Origin: an uncultured archaeon
GTDB lineage: Archaea; Micrarchaeota; Micrarchaeia; Micrarchaeales; CABMGC01
Direction of reading: 5' to 3'
Assembly: GCA_963787445.1 (NCBI GenBank)
Contig: CAWBCT010000001.1
Coordinates: 1-19,982, forward strand
DNA: 19,982 nt
Part shown: positions 9,401 to 17,924 of the stretch, piece after piece
Layout: every line of letters begins with the position of its first letter
Numbering within the stretch: the stretch's first letter is position 1
Translations under genes and position numbers: made by a program
Notes under the pieces: model-generated
What the model saw: the letters and a program-made list of their open reading frames with translations, nothing else
Databases searched by the model: none
Told to the model about the DNA's origin: nothing

Positions 9401-9557
9401 GTTGTGCTGTAGATCCGACTACAATCTGCACGACTGGTTGACCCTGGCTGTTTATGATTGGTATGTTACCAAAGGTCACTCCCTGTCCTGCAGCTGCAAG
9501 ACCTACTAACAAAGTTGCAGCAACTGCTGCTATTCGCTTCGCGTTTATGCTTTTCAT
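6402..9557 (-). CDS. S-layer protein (S_layer_N/S_layer_C type)
   Basis: Signal peptide MKSINAKRIAAVAA...; N-domain QIVVGSTAQPSDGVVAANIAAVIG; FRTERGG motif; C-domain LIVVGSKYVNSVA...VLVAGYSAAQTVQA. Strongly Thr/Ser/Asn/Val-rich, with about 18 NxS/T sequons by manual count. Confidence 0.9.
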   Translation of the reverse strand: MKSINAKRIAAVAATLLVGLAAAGQGVTFGNIPIINSQGQPVVQIVVGSTAQPSDGVVAANIAAVIGSLAHTSQNVTATVNGRSSVTCVVTTPTCTLSNQQVWLGEKGVVVPTGSYSFQALIGSVLNPGVLTSGTLTNTKSIQSSSSSYDYPNPSSAPYAITSNPTATSVYAGIGISPATSVSASTNGGGVAFTRFTSSGYDNILQLTSTQVPGLQSSSGTYQETESLWLAGFPVYNQNTGSISVLDTNGAYQIVFGKPIPVTSGGSATNANLKLLGQNWTVYGMTPPTSGYIGVTSANFIVGGNVTLAQASTPIQTVYVGHNVTSGPFTVVLNDLSYPNSNGLSNAALSVYNNGVLTNVTSAGPASNQQSITVNSSGTKLFIKVSQTFPGLYAYQKWAKIQLFSNTVNVTSGKNFNSANGNGWLAALRWTTNQSTAAVSQLAFNANAALQGIILYSNQTNQLTMTPGSSFNFVTSPAAWKVSFAGDSLGAPSSGNANYDPLTFTTSYQAGVTYSNPTKQTVVTPNSVSFNALGTVIVTTSTAKLVNLTTVTEPVNLLTVASTIPTAFQVSSGTLAAPTSNVGTLTYNLDPYQLDNGFVPNALVATSDASNVLTLVNGGIAVGLWGNSGLPANTISTNNPLNVQLTGYKYGQTSATTYTVTFNTNGISTSPVWQTINGLVLANLTNIQVSYAIPNPGVSVDVWDTANTVLFQSVGANGLAGNYLTTNAALIAQSLVSANSIMLGRLTYVSAAPTLLYSVPQYTYKVAPTVSTVTYTGEQNNVNFVISPSVAGAGPRNQYFTYTVNEIDVPGLTTPGSNVIIGLTNSSTVDSTPLYWLNETVGNNNAVQYQSSQGSIVKAVQGFRTERGGELASISTTSIVYDEPKTIDGLTFVIGPASTASNSISTSATDGPYTVGQSTNIPNVTIAKVNATCAFSTTSCSVSGLSNLTAVPSVSQAVVPTTLNTAVTPLAVLDSNANSASTLIVVGSKYVNSVAGQIFGQNPSFNQTFGTSSVVVQAFGTNRVLVAGYSAAQTVQAGNQFIQDLLANATV

Positions 9558-9560
9558 GAC

Positions 9561-9605
9561 ATCACTTAATATTTGTGAAAGTAGTTAGAAAGGAAAGTAT
9601 TTAAA
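9561..9605 (-). promoter_or_regulatory. S-layer promoter (TATA) and SD-like element
   Basis: TTTAAATA at 9605-9598; AGTGAT at 9566-9561 just before ATG 9557. Confidence 0.55.
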
Positions 9606-9704
9606 TGCTTGGGTTTGATTTAACATTCTGTTTATACGTTGTTTGGCGTTAACGTCTTTTGCAGTAGTATCATTCTACGATAGACGAACACTACCGACGA
9701 CAGA

Positions 9705-10952
9705 CTATTTTCCATTATTACCGCGTTTTGCCAGTTTGGTGAGAAGCGCATCCCATTTATCCCCTATGGCATCATAGGAGAAGTAGGCACAGAGCCTGCC
9801 GGCGTTGAGGCCGAGGGTGTTCCTCAGCTCCGGGTCCCGCTCCAGGCGCAGGATCTGGGTGACATAACCGTCGGGGCTGTCCTCTACAACACCGTTCACG
9901 TTGTCCTTCACGGCGTACCCCTCAAAGGCGAGGGAGCTGGCTAGGACCGGCTTGCAGCGCATGAAGTAGTCGAGCATCTTCACCTTGATCCCGCTGCCCT
10001 TCATGAGGGGCGCGATGCACAGGTCAGCCTCGTCGATGATCCTGAACTTCTCCTCCTCTGAGACAAATCCCTTGTACTCAACGTTCCCAACGATGTGCGC
10101 GCCCATGCCTGAGCCGACGATTATAAAGCGTTTGTTCTTGAGGCGCGGGGCGATCCTCTGCTCTATTATCTCCATCGCCTGAAGGTTGGGCTCGTGGCGG
10201 GCGTTCCCTATGAAGAGTATCGTACTTATCTTCCTCGCAGGCCTGCGGGCCGGCTTCTTGAGCAGATACTCGGGAGGGCAGGAGGCTGCAGGGACTACGA
10301 ACAGCTTTCCCGAGGCGCCCCTGAAGCGCGAGAGGGCGAGCCTTTTGTCGGCATCCGTCAGGAGGGCTATGGCGTCGAAGCCGTTCACCATGCGGGAGTA
10401 GACCCCCCAGGAGAAGTCGTGGAAGCGCGCGCTCCCGAAGGAGACCGCGGAGCGCTTCAGCGGGTTGTCCCTCCGGGCCGAAGCCTCGAGGCGTATCTTC
10501 AGCGAGTTCTCCACCACCCTGAAGTCATCGGTTATGGCTATGCAAAGGGTGTCATGGGTGCTCTTGTACCTTAGGATGAAATCGGTCAGGAGCCGGCCCA
10601 GGGTGATGATGGAATCCGGGGCGTACTCGTCCAGGGCCTCCTCCAGCTCCCTACTATTATTCATTATATAATAGGAGTACTGACTGCCGAAGGCTGCAAG
10701 GGAGAGGTAGTCAAGCGCCCTTACCGATGGGGTCCTGCTGTCAGAGGAGACGTTGCTCTGAACGACCTCCTCTTCGTACCTGCCTTCTGAGATCTCCTGC
10801 GCCTCCCTTCCCAGGGAGAAGACCTTGATCTCATAGCCCCTGGCGCTGAGTATCGGGGCCAGGTGGACAAGTATGTGGGTCCCGCCGACCTTGCCGGGAT
10901 GGACCTGCTCGGGAAATAGTATGGCGATGCGCTGCTTTTGGGGTTTGGTCAA
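9705..10952 (-). CDS. glycosyltransferase family 4 (GT-B)
   Basis: N-terminal VGG motif; C-terminal ILFIGNARHEPN...DLCIAPLMKGSGIKVKMLDYFMRCKPVLASSLAFEG; TTG start. Confidence 0.85.
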   Translation of the reverse strand: MTKPQKQRIAILFPEQVHPGKVGGTHILVHLAPILSARGYEIKVFSLGREAQEISEGRYEEEVVQSNVSSDSRTPSVRALDYLSLAAFGSQYSYYIMNNSRELEEALDEYAPDSIITLGRLLTDFILRYKSTHDTLCIAITDDFRVVENSLKIRLEASARRDNPLKRSAVSFGSARFHDFSWGVYSRMVNGFDAIALLTDADKRLALSRFRGASGKLFVVPAASCPPEYLLKKPARRPARKISTILFIGNARHEPNLQAMEIIEQRIAPRLKNKRFIIVGSGMGAHIVGNVEYKGFVSEEEKFRIIDEADLCIAPLMKGSGIKVKMLDYFMRCKPVLASSLAFEGYAVKDNVNGVVEDSPDGYVTQILRLERDPELRNTLGLNAGRLCAYFSYDAIGDKWDALLTKLAKRGNNGK

Positions 10953-10962
10953 GTGATCATCA

Positions 10963-11685
10963 TTATCGGTGCTGCTCCGAGGCCTTCAGCCTTTCCAGCA
11001 CCTCGTTGTACTGCTCCATGTTGTTTACGGTGTGGAACTCGTCTATGAAGTAAAAGCAGAGGCGCCCGGTGCCGGCGATCTTGGCGAGGAACTCCCGCTC
11101 GAACGAGAAGCTCTCCAGGTCGGGCATCTTTCCCGCCGCCTCGCGGCTTACGATGTACATCCCGGCGTTTATCGTCCCCGCGACCGGCGTAGGCGTCTGC
11201 GGCTTCTCCACAAAGCTGGTCACGAACACGCCCTCGGTCTTGATGAACCCCCAGCTGGAGACGTCCTCCATCCTGACCGCGCCGATGGTCACGAGGGCCT
11301 TCTCCCTCCTGTGCAGCTCGTACATCGCGTCGAGGTCGAAGGCGTAGAGCGTGTCCGCGTTGAGCACCAGCACGTCCGGCTTGTCGCGCAGGGAGAGCAT
11401 GGCCCGCTTTATCGCGCCGCCGGTCCCGAGCGGCTTGTCTTCGTTGGAGAAAGTTATGCTGGATGAGAAGGAGCCGCGGTTCGACTCGAAGTACCCGGTT
11501 ATCTTGTCGGCCATGTAGCCCGTGGAGAGGATTATGTTCTTTATCCCGTAGCGCTCAAGGCTGCGCACCAGGTGCTCGAGAAGCGGCCTGCCGTTTATCG
11601 GGATCATCGCCTTGGGCAGGTTATCGGTGAGCGGACGAAGCCGCGTGCCCTGGCCCCCGGCCAATATTATAGCTGTGTCTAGCAT
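10963..11685 (-). CDS. NDP-sugar pyrophosphorylase / nucleotidyltransferase (NTP_transferase)
   Basis: AIILAGGQGTRLRPLTDNLPKAMIPING, PLGTGGA, LNAD, FVEKP, INAGMY; ATG 11685 preferred to the track start at 11709. Confidence 0.9.
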   Translation of the reverse strand: MLDTAIILAGGQGTRLRPLTDNLPKAMIPINGRPLLEHLVRSLERYGIKNIILSTGYMADKITGYFESNRGSFSSSITFSNEDKPLGTGGAIKRAMLSLRDKPDVLVLNADTLYAFDLDAMYELHRREKALVTIGAVRMEDVSSWGFIKTEGVFVTSFVEKPQTPTPVAGTINAGMYIVSREAAGKMPDLESFSFEREFLAKIAGTGRLCFYFIDEFHTVNNMEQYNEVLERLKASEQHR

Positions 11686-11799
11686 GAATACACGTTTGAA
11701 GCAACGCACAAAGCGCGTTGCGCTCCTCCATTACGTAAAAATACGTAACAACCTATAAAAATGTATTTATGTCATTAAACCATATAGGCTGGGAGAGCA

Positions 11800-12519
11800 A
11801 TGAGGAACCGCGTTAAGACCGGCATCGCCGGCATAGACAACATGCTGGACGGCGGCATACCGGATGGGAGCCAGGTGATACTCGCTGGCGGTCCGGGCTC
11901 GGGAAAGACCCTCATAAGCTTTGAATTCCTGTACAAGGGCGCGAAGGAGGGCCAGGTGGGAGTGCTCTTTTCCTTTGAGGAGGAGTCGCACCGCCTCATA
12001 GAAAATGCGAAGGACGCGTTCACAGATTTCAACGACATAGACCAGCTCATCGCGGACAAGAAGCTAGTCATCTTCGGCTCGGAGGAGACAAAGCCGTTCA
12101 TCCAGAAGGACAACGAGCAGGTCGCCTACGCATTCGGGAAGATCATCTCCGAGCTGCAGAACAGGATCGAGGCGGCGGGCGCGAAGCGGGTGGTGATAGA
12201 CTCAATCTCGTTCGTCAAGCTGTTCATAAAGGACGAGTTCGACTACCGCGCTCTCTCCATAAGCCTGCTTACCGTGCTCAACAGGGCCAACGTCACGACG
12301 ATAGTCACCATGGAGATGGAGAGCCAGGAGAAGATGAGCGTCAGGTTCCCGCAGGAGTTCTTCGTCTACGACGGTCTGCTGATGCTCTACTTCGGCGGGA
12401 AGGACGCGGAGAACAGGATGCCCATGATAGAAGTTATGAAGATGCGCGGCACGCGCCACAACTACCTCGCCATTCCCTACGAGGTCACATCGCGCGGGAT
12501 CAACGTTCTTGCAGTCTGA
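11800..12519 (+). CDS. single-domain KaiC-like RecA-superfamily ATPase
   Basis: RVKTGIAGIDNMLDGGIP, Walker A GGPGSGKT, SFEE, Walker B VVIDS, KMRG arginine-finger motif. Confidence 0.9.
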   Translation: MRNRVKTGIAGIDNMLDGGIPDGSQVILAGGPGSGKTLISFEFLYKGAKEGQVGVLFSFEEESHRLIENAKDAFTDFNDIDQLIADKKLVIFGSEETKPFIQKDNEQVAYAFGKIISELQNRIEAAGAKRVVIDSISFVKLFIKDEFDYRALSISLLTVLNRANVTTIVTMEMESQEKMSVRFPQEFFVYDGLLMLYFGGKDAENRMPMIEVMKMRGTRHNYLAIPYEVTSRGINVLAV

Positions 12520-12538
12520 AGCCTTGCGAGGAACAGGG

Positions 12539-14140
12539 TTAGCTGTTTATCTTATACAAGTCCACTTCGACGTTCATGCCGTTGTAGCTACTGTTTAGGG
12601 AGGCGTTGTCCCTTATCGTTTCAATCTCGGTAAGGTTGCAGTAGGGTCTTACCCAATTGTCAAATACTGTTTCGTACAATGACCGGGAGTGGTTGGCGTA
12701 GATTAAGGCAAAATATGCATTTGGCGCGCCCGAATTGCAAGTTGCATTTGCCCAGCCCGCAACGTTGGCCTTCTCCGAGAAGTCCAATGGGCTTAGGCTG
12801 AGGTTCCTGTTGTACGAGGAGATAAACCTCAGCATCGAAAGTGCTGTTCCGTTGTCCGTTATGAATAAATTGGTCCTGCCGTTCGCCGAACTTGTAAAGT
12901 AGTTGAGCAGTTTAGAAAATGTGTTGAGGTCTCCCCTTATTGAAATGTTGTAGTTGTACAGCGTGGAGTATAGGGGTATGTTGGTTAGGATTATTGCCAG
13001 CACGAACAGGGCGGCTATGTAAACGGGCAGCGCCCTTGACCTGGACCCGATGGCTCTGGAGATCTTTAATATTGAATAGGAGGCCAGCACCGCGGTCGGC
13101 ACAGACACCAGTATGAAATAGCGTGAAATAACTGTTATGAAACTGTAGGTTGCCAGAGTGACCGTTCCAAAGAACAGGTACAGAAAGACGCCCCAAAGAA
13201 TTACTGAGAGGAAAATAACATTCATCTCCTTTCTAATTAGTCCGATGGCACTACCGAGAATAGCGAACAACGTTATCAACCCAAGCGGGAATACTTGCGG
13301 ATCCATGAACGGCGCGAACGGACTGGTTGGACTTGAATAGCCAAGTAGGACAGTTGCGAGGGAGCCGATATTCTTACTCAGATTCGTCGGAGAGATCACG
13401 TTCTGGTTTTGACCGTAGGAGACAATCGCAGTGGTGGGGCTGCTGCCTGCAAGATAAAAGATTGCTGCGTAAATAAGCATGAAGGCAATCAGGCCGTAAA
13501 TGGCGTACGCCAGCGCAAACGTTTTTTCCGTGTGTCTTTTTCGTTTGTACTCAAGCACTCCATGAATTCCGATGCAGCATAGGAAGAACAGGACGTACAA
13601 GAACCCTATCATCTTGACATACACTATGAGCGCGGCGGAAGCTCCTGAGAGGAAATAAAATAACCTCTTGCTCTTTTCATGCTGCGCGTAGACGAAGAAC
13701 AGGATGGAGAAGCCGGCAAGCATCCCGACTGCCATGTCCGGAAGGACCCGGGTCGAATAACCTACGACAAAAGGCGCAGTGGCGAGAAGAAACGCGGAGA
13801 GGAGCCCCGCGTACTCCCCGTAAAGCTTCCTGCCCACCAGGAATGCAAGAAGTATGAGTATGACGTACTCGATAAGCGCCGGGAGTACGCTTGCAAATAT
13901 GCTGGTTCCGAGCAGCTCAAACGACAGGGCGAGGGAGGCCGGGAGCAAAAACCCATAGGCGTACGGGCTTTCTGCCAGAGTGAAGTTTCCTTGCAGTAGC
14001 TGATGCCCGTAGGTGAGGTAGGCTCCATCATCAAAAGAGTAAAAGGGACCGGAATACAGCAAACAAGCTAGGCCCGATCCGCCGATTATAATCGCTGCCA
14101 GTATTAGGTAGGTCAGCTGGGCCTTCTTCATCTTCCACAC
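12539..14140 (-). CDS. GT-C fold polytopic glycosyltransferase (GT39/GT83, PMT/ArnT-like)
   Basis: First-loop FDDGAY acidic motif, many TM helices, TRVLPD, YVK, SRYFI, and a soluble C-terminal domain with sequons; alternative ATG at 14131. Confidence 0.8.
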   Translation of the reverse strand: MWKMKKAQLTYLILAAIIIGGSGLACLLYSGPFYSFDDGAYLTYGHQLLQGNFTLAESPYAYGFLLPASLALSFELLGTSIFASVLPALIEYVILILLAFLVGRKLYGEYAGLLSAFLLATAPFVVGYSTRVLPDMAVGMLAGFSILFFVYAQHEKSKRLFYFLSGASAALIVYVKMIGFLYVLFFLCCIGIHGVLEYKRKRHTEKTFALAYAIYGLIAFMLIYAAIFYLAGSSPTTAIVSYGQNQNVISPTNLSKNIGSLATVLLGYSSPTSPFAPFMDPQVFPLGLITLFAILGSAIGLIRKEMNVIFLSVILWGVFLYLFFGTVTLATYSFITVISRYFILVSVPTAVLASYSILKISRAIGSRSRALPVYIAALFVLAIILTNIPLYSTLYNYNISIRGDLNTFSKLLNYFTSSANGRTNLFITDNGTALSMLRFISSYNRNLSLSPLDFSEKANVAGWANATCNSGAPNAYFALIYANHSRSLYETVFDNWVRPYCNLTEIETIRDNASLNSSYNGMNVEVDLYKINS

Positions 14141-14201
14141 TGCTTTAGGAAACCAAGTTAAAGTCTAAAAACCTAGTTTAAATTGATTGGCCCGGGCAGG
14201 A

Positions 14202-14891
14202 TCAGATGTTGTTCAGCCGCAGCTTTATCTCCTCTCCGCTGAGCTTTGTTGTGAGGAGGGGAATGCGCTCGATCTGCGAGATCTTTATCGCAAGCTTGTC
14301 CACCTGGTCAAGGTTCTGTATGACGACAAGCTTGGGCTTTATCGGCGCGACCCTTACGACCACCATGGGCGACCGGCCGGTGCTCACCTGGTCGAAGATG
14401 AAGGCGCGTTCGCTTGTCGAGCCGAACAGCCGCGGGTACTCCGCTGGAGAGATCTCAAGTATTATCCGGAGGCTGTCAAGAAGCGTGTAGCCGAAGAGCT
14501 TCATGTTGTCCAGAACGCCCGGGTTCGTGACTATCTTGGCGTCGATCAGCCTGGCCAGGTCGGTCCCGCTTATGGGCGAGCCGAAATCGTGAATGTAGTA
14601 GAATGAGCCCTGGTCGTCCTTCTTGCTGAACTTGTCCAGGTTTCTGGCAACCTCCCCGCCGCGCTTCTCGTCTATGGAGAAGAGTGCGTTTATGAAGCGC
14701 TTGATCACGCCCACGCCCGGGCTTGCCCGCCGGTTGCCTTCGTAGTCGCTGATGGTTGAGGTGGAGATCTTCAGGTACTTGGCAAGCTCGACCTGGGAGA
14801 TCCCGAACAGCTCCCGCCACTTCTTCATCGTGCTGCCCGGTGTTTCCGATAAAGTAATCTCGCCGGCGATGCGCTCCTGGAGTGTGTCCAT
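14202..14891 (-). CDS. archaeal XRE-family HTH transcriptional regulator (COG1709-like)
   Basis: RIAGEITLSETPGSTMKKWRELFGISQVELAKYLKISTSTISDYEGNRRASPG and C-terminal ERAFIFDQVSTGRSPMVVVRV. Confidence 0.88.
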   Translation of the reverse strand: MDTLQERIAGEITLSETPGSTMKKWRELFGISQVELAKYLKISTSTISDYEGNRRASPGVGVIKRFINALFSIDEKRGGEVARNLDKFSKKDDQGSFYYIHDFGSPISGTDLARLIDAKIVTNPGVLDNMKLFGYTLLDSLRIILEISPAEYPRLFGSTSERAFIFDQVSTGRSPMVVVRVAPIKPKLVVIQNLDQVDKLAIKISQIERIPLLTTKLSGEEIKLRLNNI

Positions 14892-14918
14892 GTAAACAAT
14901 TAATAATGGAGGGCGGAG

Positions 14919-14926
14919 TTTATAAA
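14919..14926 (-). promoter_or_regulatory. TATA box
   Basis: TTTATAAA ending ~28 nt before ATG 14891. Confidence 0.55.
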
Positions 14927-14960
14927 TACGATTGGAAAACTTCTTGAAAATAAGCAGTTA

Positions 14961-15379
14961 TTATTTTTCTTTGTTGTATGCATTGAAGTAATGCTTTCCG
15001 CGGAGTATGAACTGCTGCTCTATCTTCTTAGGCGAGAAGTACCTATTAGTGAACTCCACCACCTTCTCCCTGCTGTAGGCCTTGCAGCTGTATACGTCTA
15101 TGCTTATGAAATTCTTCCTTGATAGGGTGTGAATAACTATCGATGAATCTGCGAGAGGCACCCACCCGCTGAGACCAGCCTTGTCTGGGAAGGATTTCCT
15201 GTCGGTCCTGAAGATTGAGGGAGGGGCCTGCTTCTTCATGCCTATGAAGTCGACTAGGTTGTCCAGATAGCTGTAGCAGTGGTCGAGCTCGCCGCACACC
15301 TCGGGCTTGCAGTCGTAGCAGTCGAGCAGCAGCTCGTAGCCGAACACCCTCAACTGCTTAGCTTTCTTGGCCGTGCCAT
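14961..15379 (-). CDS. pyruvoyl-dependent AdoMetDC/SpeD-family decarboxylase, divergent
   Basis: FGYELLLDCYDC, GLSG...LAD/SSIVIHT, ISIDVYSCK, RG. The track start is TTG 15353. ATG 15379 gives MATAKKAKQLRVFG if one base is restored at ~15375, and it sits 24 nt after TTTAAGTT. Confidence 0.8.
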
Positions 15380-15435
15380 CACAGAAAGAATAGAGAGCCC
15401 TAAACTTAAATAGCTTGGGCTTTCCTTTCGGATCC

Positions 15436-15657
15436 CTAACCCAATATTTCTATTACCTTGTCCCTGCTAGTGGTGCCTTTTATTATCTTTATGTTCGCCT
15501 TTTTCACATTGAAATGTGATGAGAGGGTGGCGATAACGGCAATGTTTGCTCGACCCTCCATCGCTTTTTCTCTAATTTTGAGTTTGTAGCTTACAGGGGT
15601 CAGCTTCTCCAGCGTTTCGACTTTGGAATTGGGAACTACTCTTAAGTTTATTATCAT
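15436..15657 (-). CDS. DUF167 / UPF0235 (YggU-like) protein
   Basis: RVVPNSK...KAMEGRANIAVIATLSSHFNVKKANIKIIKGTTSRDKVIEI. Confidence 0.88.
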   Translation of the reverse strand: MIINLRVVPNSKVETLEKLTPVSYKLKIREKAMEGRANIAVIATLSSHFNVKKANIKIIKGTTSRDKVIEILG

Positions 15658-15711
15658 CTCAGCATCTTGTGTGTAGTTTTACTAAACTTTAAGACCTGCA
15701 AGAGATATAAG

Positions 15712-16512
15712 TCAAGGAAGCATTTTCTCCCTTCGTATCAGCCTGTCTGAGAGCGCAAGGAGCAGCAGCGCCACGAAGAGTATTATGACTGCCTGGCCAA
15801 ACTCCACGAGTATCGCAGTGCCAAAGGAGAACACGAATGGGATGAAGTATCCGGGTATCACTCCGACCAACCCGAGGCTCACGGCAAGCGGCTGGTTGCC
15901 TCCGGCCCTGTTCTTCTGAAGTACGCTGAACGTCATCATCATTGTTATGATGAAGGCCACCGTTGATACTGCTATAAGCGCGCCGATGCCCAGGATAATC
16001 AGCATTATTGGCAGGTAGGTTGTTCCGAAGCTCGCAAAGGAGTACAGCAGGTTCAGAGCCCCGAAAGTCAGCAAATAAGACGCCGCTATCAACAGGGCGG
16101 CCTTCAGGTATCGTGCGTATATGTCACGCTGGCTCATCCCCAACGAGATGAGATACTCAAGGACACCGTTGTTCTTGTCATAAACGAACAAGATCACCAT
16201 CGGGGTTGTCAGCATCAGCATCGGCATCACGGTGAACGGGACTGCGAGCAAAGGCAGGCCCAGGCTGCTGTTGGCGCCTGTCTCGGCGCTCATGATCGCG
16301 CCGATATTTACGCCATGGCTTGAAGAGTTTGTAGAGTTTGAAGGGTTTGAAAGGTTGGTGTAAGTGGGGCTGAGAAAAAGGAGCACTCCGAGCCCTATGA
16401 TTATCGCTATTGCAATGTAGAACTTATTGATGCCCACGGCCCTCTTTGCAGTGACTATTATCTGGTTTTCCTTGAGCTCTACGCCCTTGCCCTCATTTTG
16501 TGGTTTTGCCAT
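15712..16512 (-). CDS. ABC exporter permease subunit (ABC-2-like)
   Basis: About six TM helices; YDKNNGVLEYLISLGMSQRDIY loop typical of ABC-2 permeases; TAATG overlap with the ATPase stop. Confidence 0.75.
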   Translation of the reverse strand: MAKPQNEGKGVELKENQIIVTAKRAVGINKFYIAIAIIIGLGVLLFLSPTYTNLSNPSNSTNSSSHGVNIGAIMSAETGANSSLGLPLLAVPFTVMPMLMLTTPMVILFVYDKNNGVLEYLISLGMSQRDIYARYLKAALLIAASYLLTFGALNLLYSFASFGTTYLPIMLIILGIGALIAVSTVAFIITMMMTFSVLQKNRAGGNQPLAVSLGLVGVIPGYFIPFVFSFGTAILVEFGQAVIILFVALLLLALSDRLIRREKMLP

Positions 16513-17381
16513 TACTTACCACCATCACCAAACAGTTCCTGAAGGGGATTGTCGAGCTCCTTCATCTCCGTAACAAGTATGCCCTTTTCAATTATCTTTC
16601 TTAGGGCAAGGCCTGCCTCTTCTGGCTTCGATACGTTGAGCACGTAGTAGCCGCTGCTGTCCTTCTTCGCGTCAACGATCTTCGTGATGTCCTTGGAGGC
16701 CTTTATCCCCACTCTATAATCCTTCGACCGGACGTTCGCAATCTTGTCAAACAGAGCCAGCTTGCCATCCTTTATCAGTATAAGATTCATGCCTATGTCA
16801 GTGGCTTCGTAAAGATTGTGCGAAGAGTAAAGTACCAGCTTATCTTTGCTAAGTTTCAGTATGAGATCCCTTATCTCCTTGGAAAGGCCGGGATCGAGGT
16901 TTGCAGTCGGTTCGTCAAGCAGGTAGACGTCCCTGTCCTTGAGGAAGACCTTTGCTATGGACACCCTCTTCTTCTGGCCCTGCGAAAGATCTATCACCCT
17001 CTTGTCCCGCAGTTCATTGAGGCCTAGCAGATCGATTGCCTTCTCCGGATCTCCCCCTTCCATCCCGGCATAGAACCTAAGTGCATTATATACTGTCATC
17101 TCCTCCGGGAGCGCATTGTAGTGCGAGAGGTAGTTTATGTTGCTTCTAAAATCATTTGAGGATTTTATGTCCTTTCCATCAAGAAGTATCCTGCCCGAGA
17201 TGGGCTCCAGTATGCCCGCTATTGTCCTGAAAAGCGTAGTCTTTCCCGCACCGTTAGGTCCAAGTACAACATATACGGATGATTCCTTTGCAGTGAAGCT
17301 GATGTTATGCAATACTGGCTTGCCATTGTAGCCCGAGTCAACGTTATCCAATTCAAGCGTATGCAAAAAGACACCAGACAC
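16512..17381 (-). CDS. ABC transporter ATP-binding protein (exporter type)
   Basis: Walker A GPNGAGKTT, signature LSQGQKKR, Walker B YLLDEPT, H-loop SSH. Confidence 0.93.
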   Translation of the reverse strand: MSGVFLHTLELDNVDSGYNGKPVLHNISFTAKESSVYVVLGPNGAGKTTLFRTIAGILEPISGRILLDGKDIKSSNDFRSNINYLSHYNALPEEMTVYNALRFYAGMEGGDPEKAIDLLGLNELRDKRVIDLSQGQKKRVSIAKVFLKDRDVYLLDEPTANLDPGLSKEIRDLILKLSKDKLVLYSSHNLYEATDIGMNLILIKDGKLALFDKIANVRSKDYRVGIKASKDITKIVDAKKDSSGYYVLNVSKPEEAGLALRKIIEKGILVTEMKELDNPLQELFGDGGK

Positions 17382-17463
17382 GATACATGCTCGTTTAAAG
17401 CTTTTAGTTGCATGCTAAAGATGCATGTCTGCCAGCCACGTGATAAATGAGGAGAAGGTGAAC

Positions 17464-17502
17464 AGTGGACTCGGCGGACTTCCGTATTTGAGTACGTTGT
17501 AC
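17464..17502. repeat. 39-bp degenerate direct repeat, copy 1 (tRNA-Ala 3'-end-like core)
   Basis: AGTGGACTCGGCG-N12-TGAGT-N4-TGTAC; the minus-strand core reads CGC CGAGTCC A CT. Confidence 0.7.
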
Positions 17503-17573
17503 TAACACGTGCATAAACGGACAAACACCATTAGAATATAGTTTTCATTCGGGGTACCACACAAAAATATATT

Positions 17574-17924
17574 CTATCTGCTTTTATAGCCAAAACGTCT
17601 TTCATATTCTTTATGAGAGAACCATTCTAATAGAATGGAAACAATTTCTACATCAGAACCTTGAAGAGTATAAATCAAACGCCATCCATTTGGCAAGTCG
17701 TATTTCCTAAGGTTTGTAATGGAAAACTGTTGTAAGTATGTCTTAGGCCAGAGTTTACTTGGTAACTTTATTCCTATTAGAGGATTTTCCTTTAAGTCGT
17801 CTATAGCCCTCTGTATGTAAGATGCCAGTTCCTTCTCTTCGAACTTGCCAGACTTTAACTCTAAGAAAGAGTTGTAGAGTGATTGGTCTATAAATACAAC
17901 TTTCTTTATTCTATCACTTTTCAC
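17574..17924 (-). CDS. RelE/ParE-superfamily-like putative toxin
   Basis: 116 aa; AIDDLKENPLIG...NLRKYDLPNGWRLIYTL...ILLEWFSHKEYERRFGY fits the RelE-fold pattern (L..NP..G, R.IY, C-terminal H..Y). Confidence 0.65.
   Translation of the reverse strand: MKSDRIKKVVFIDQSLYNSFLELKSGKFEEKELASYIQRAIDDLKENPLIGIKLPSKLWPKTYLQQFSITNLRKYDLPNGWRLIYTLQGSDVEIVSILLEWFSHKEYERRFGYKSR

Noticed and set aside
11800-12519. Circadian clock KaiC
   Set aside because: Single domain with no kaiA/kaiB; such ATPases are common in archaea.
2248-14820. Other overlapping ORFs such as 2248..2730, 10194..10574, 10969..11466, 14187..14606 and 14476..14820
   Set aside because: Contained in or opposite well-supported genes in GC-rich DNA where stops are rare.
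17219-17524. 101-aa ORF spanning the ABC ATPase start and repeat copy 1
   Set aside because: Out-of-frame overlap with the ATPase and no recognisable protein features.
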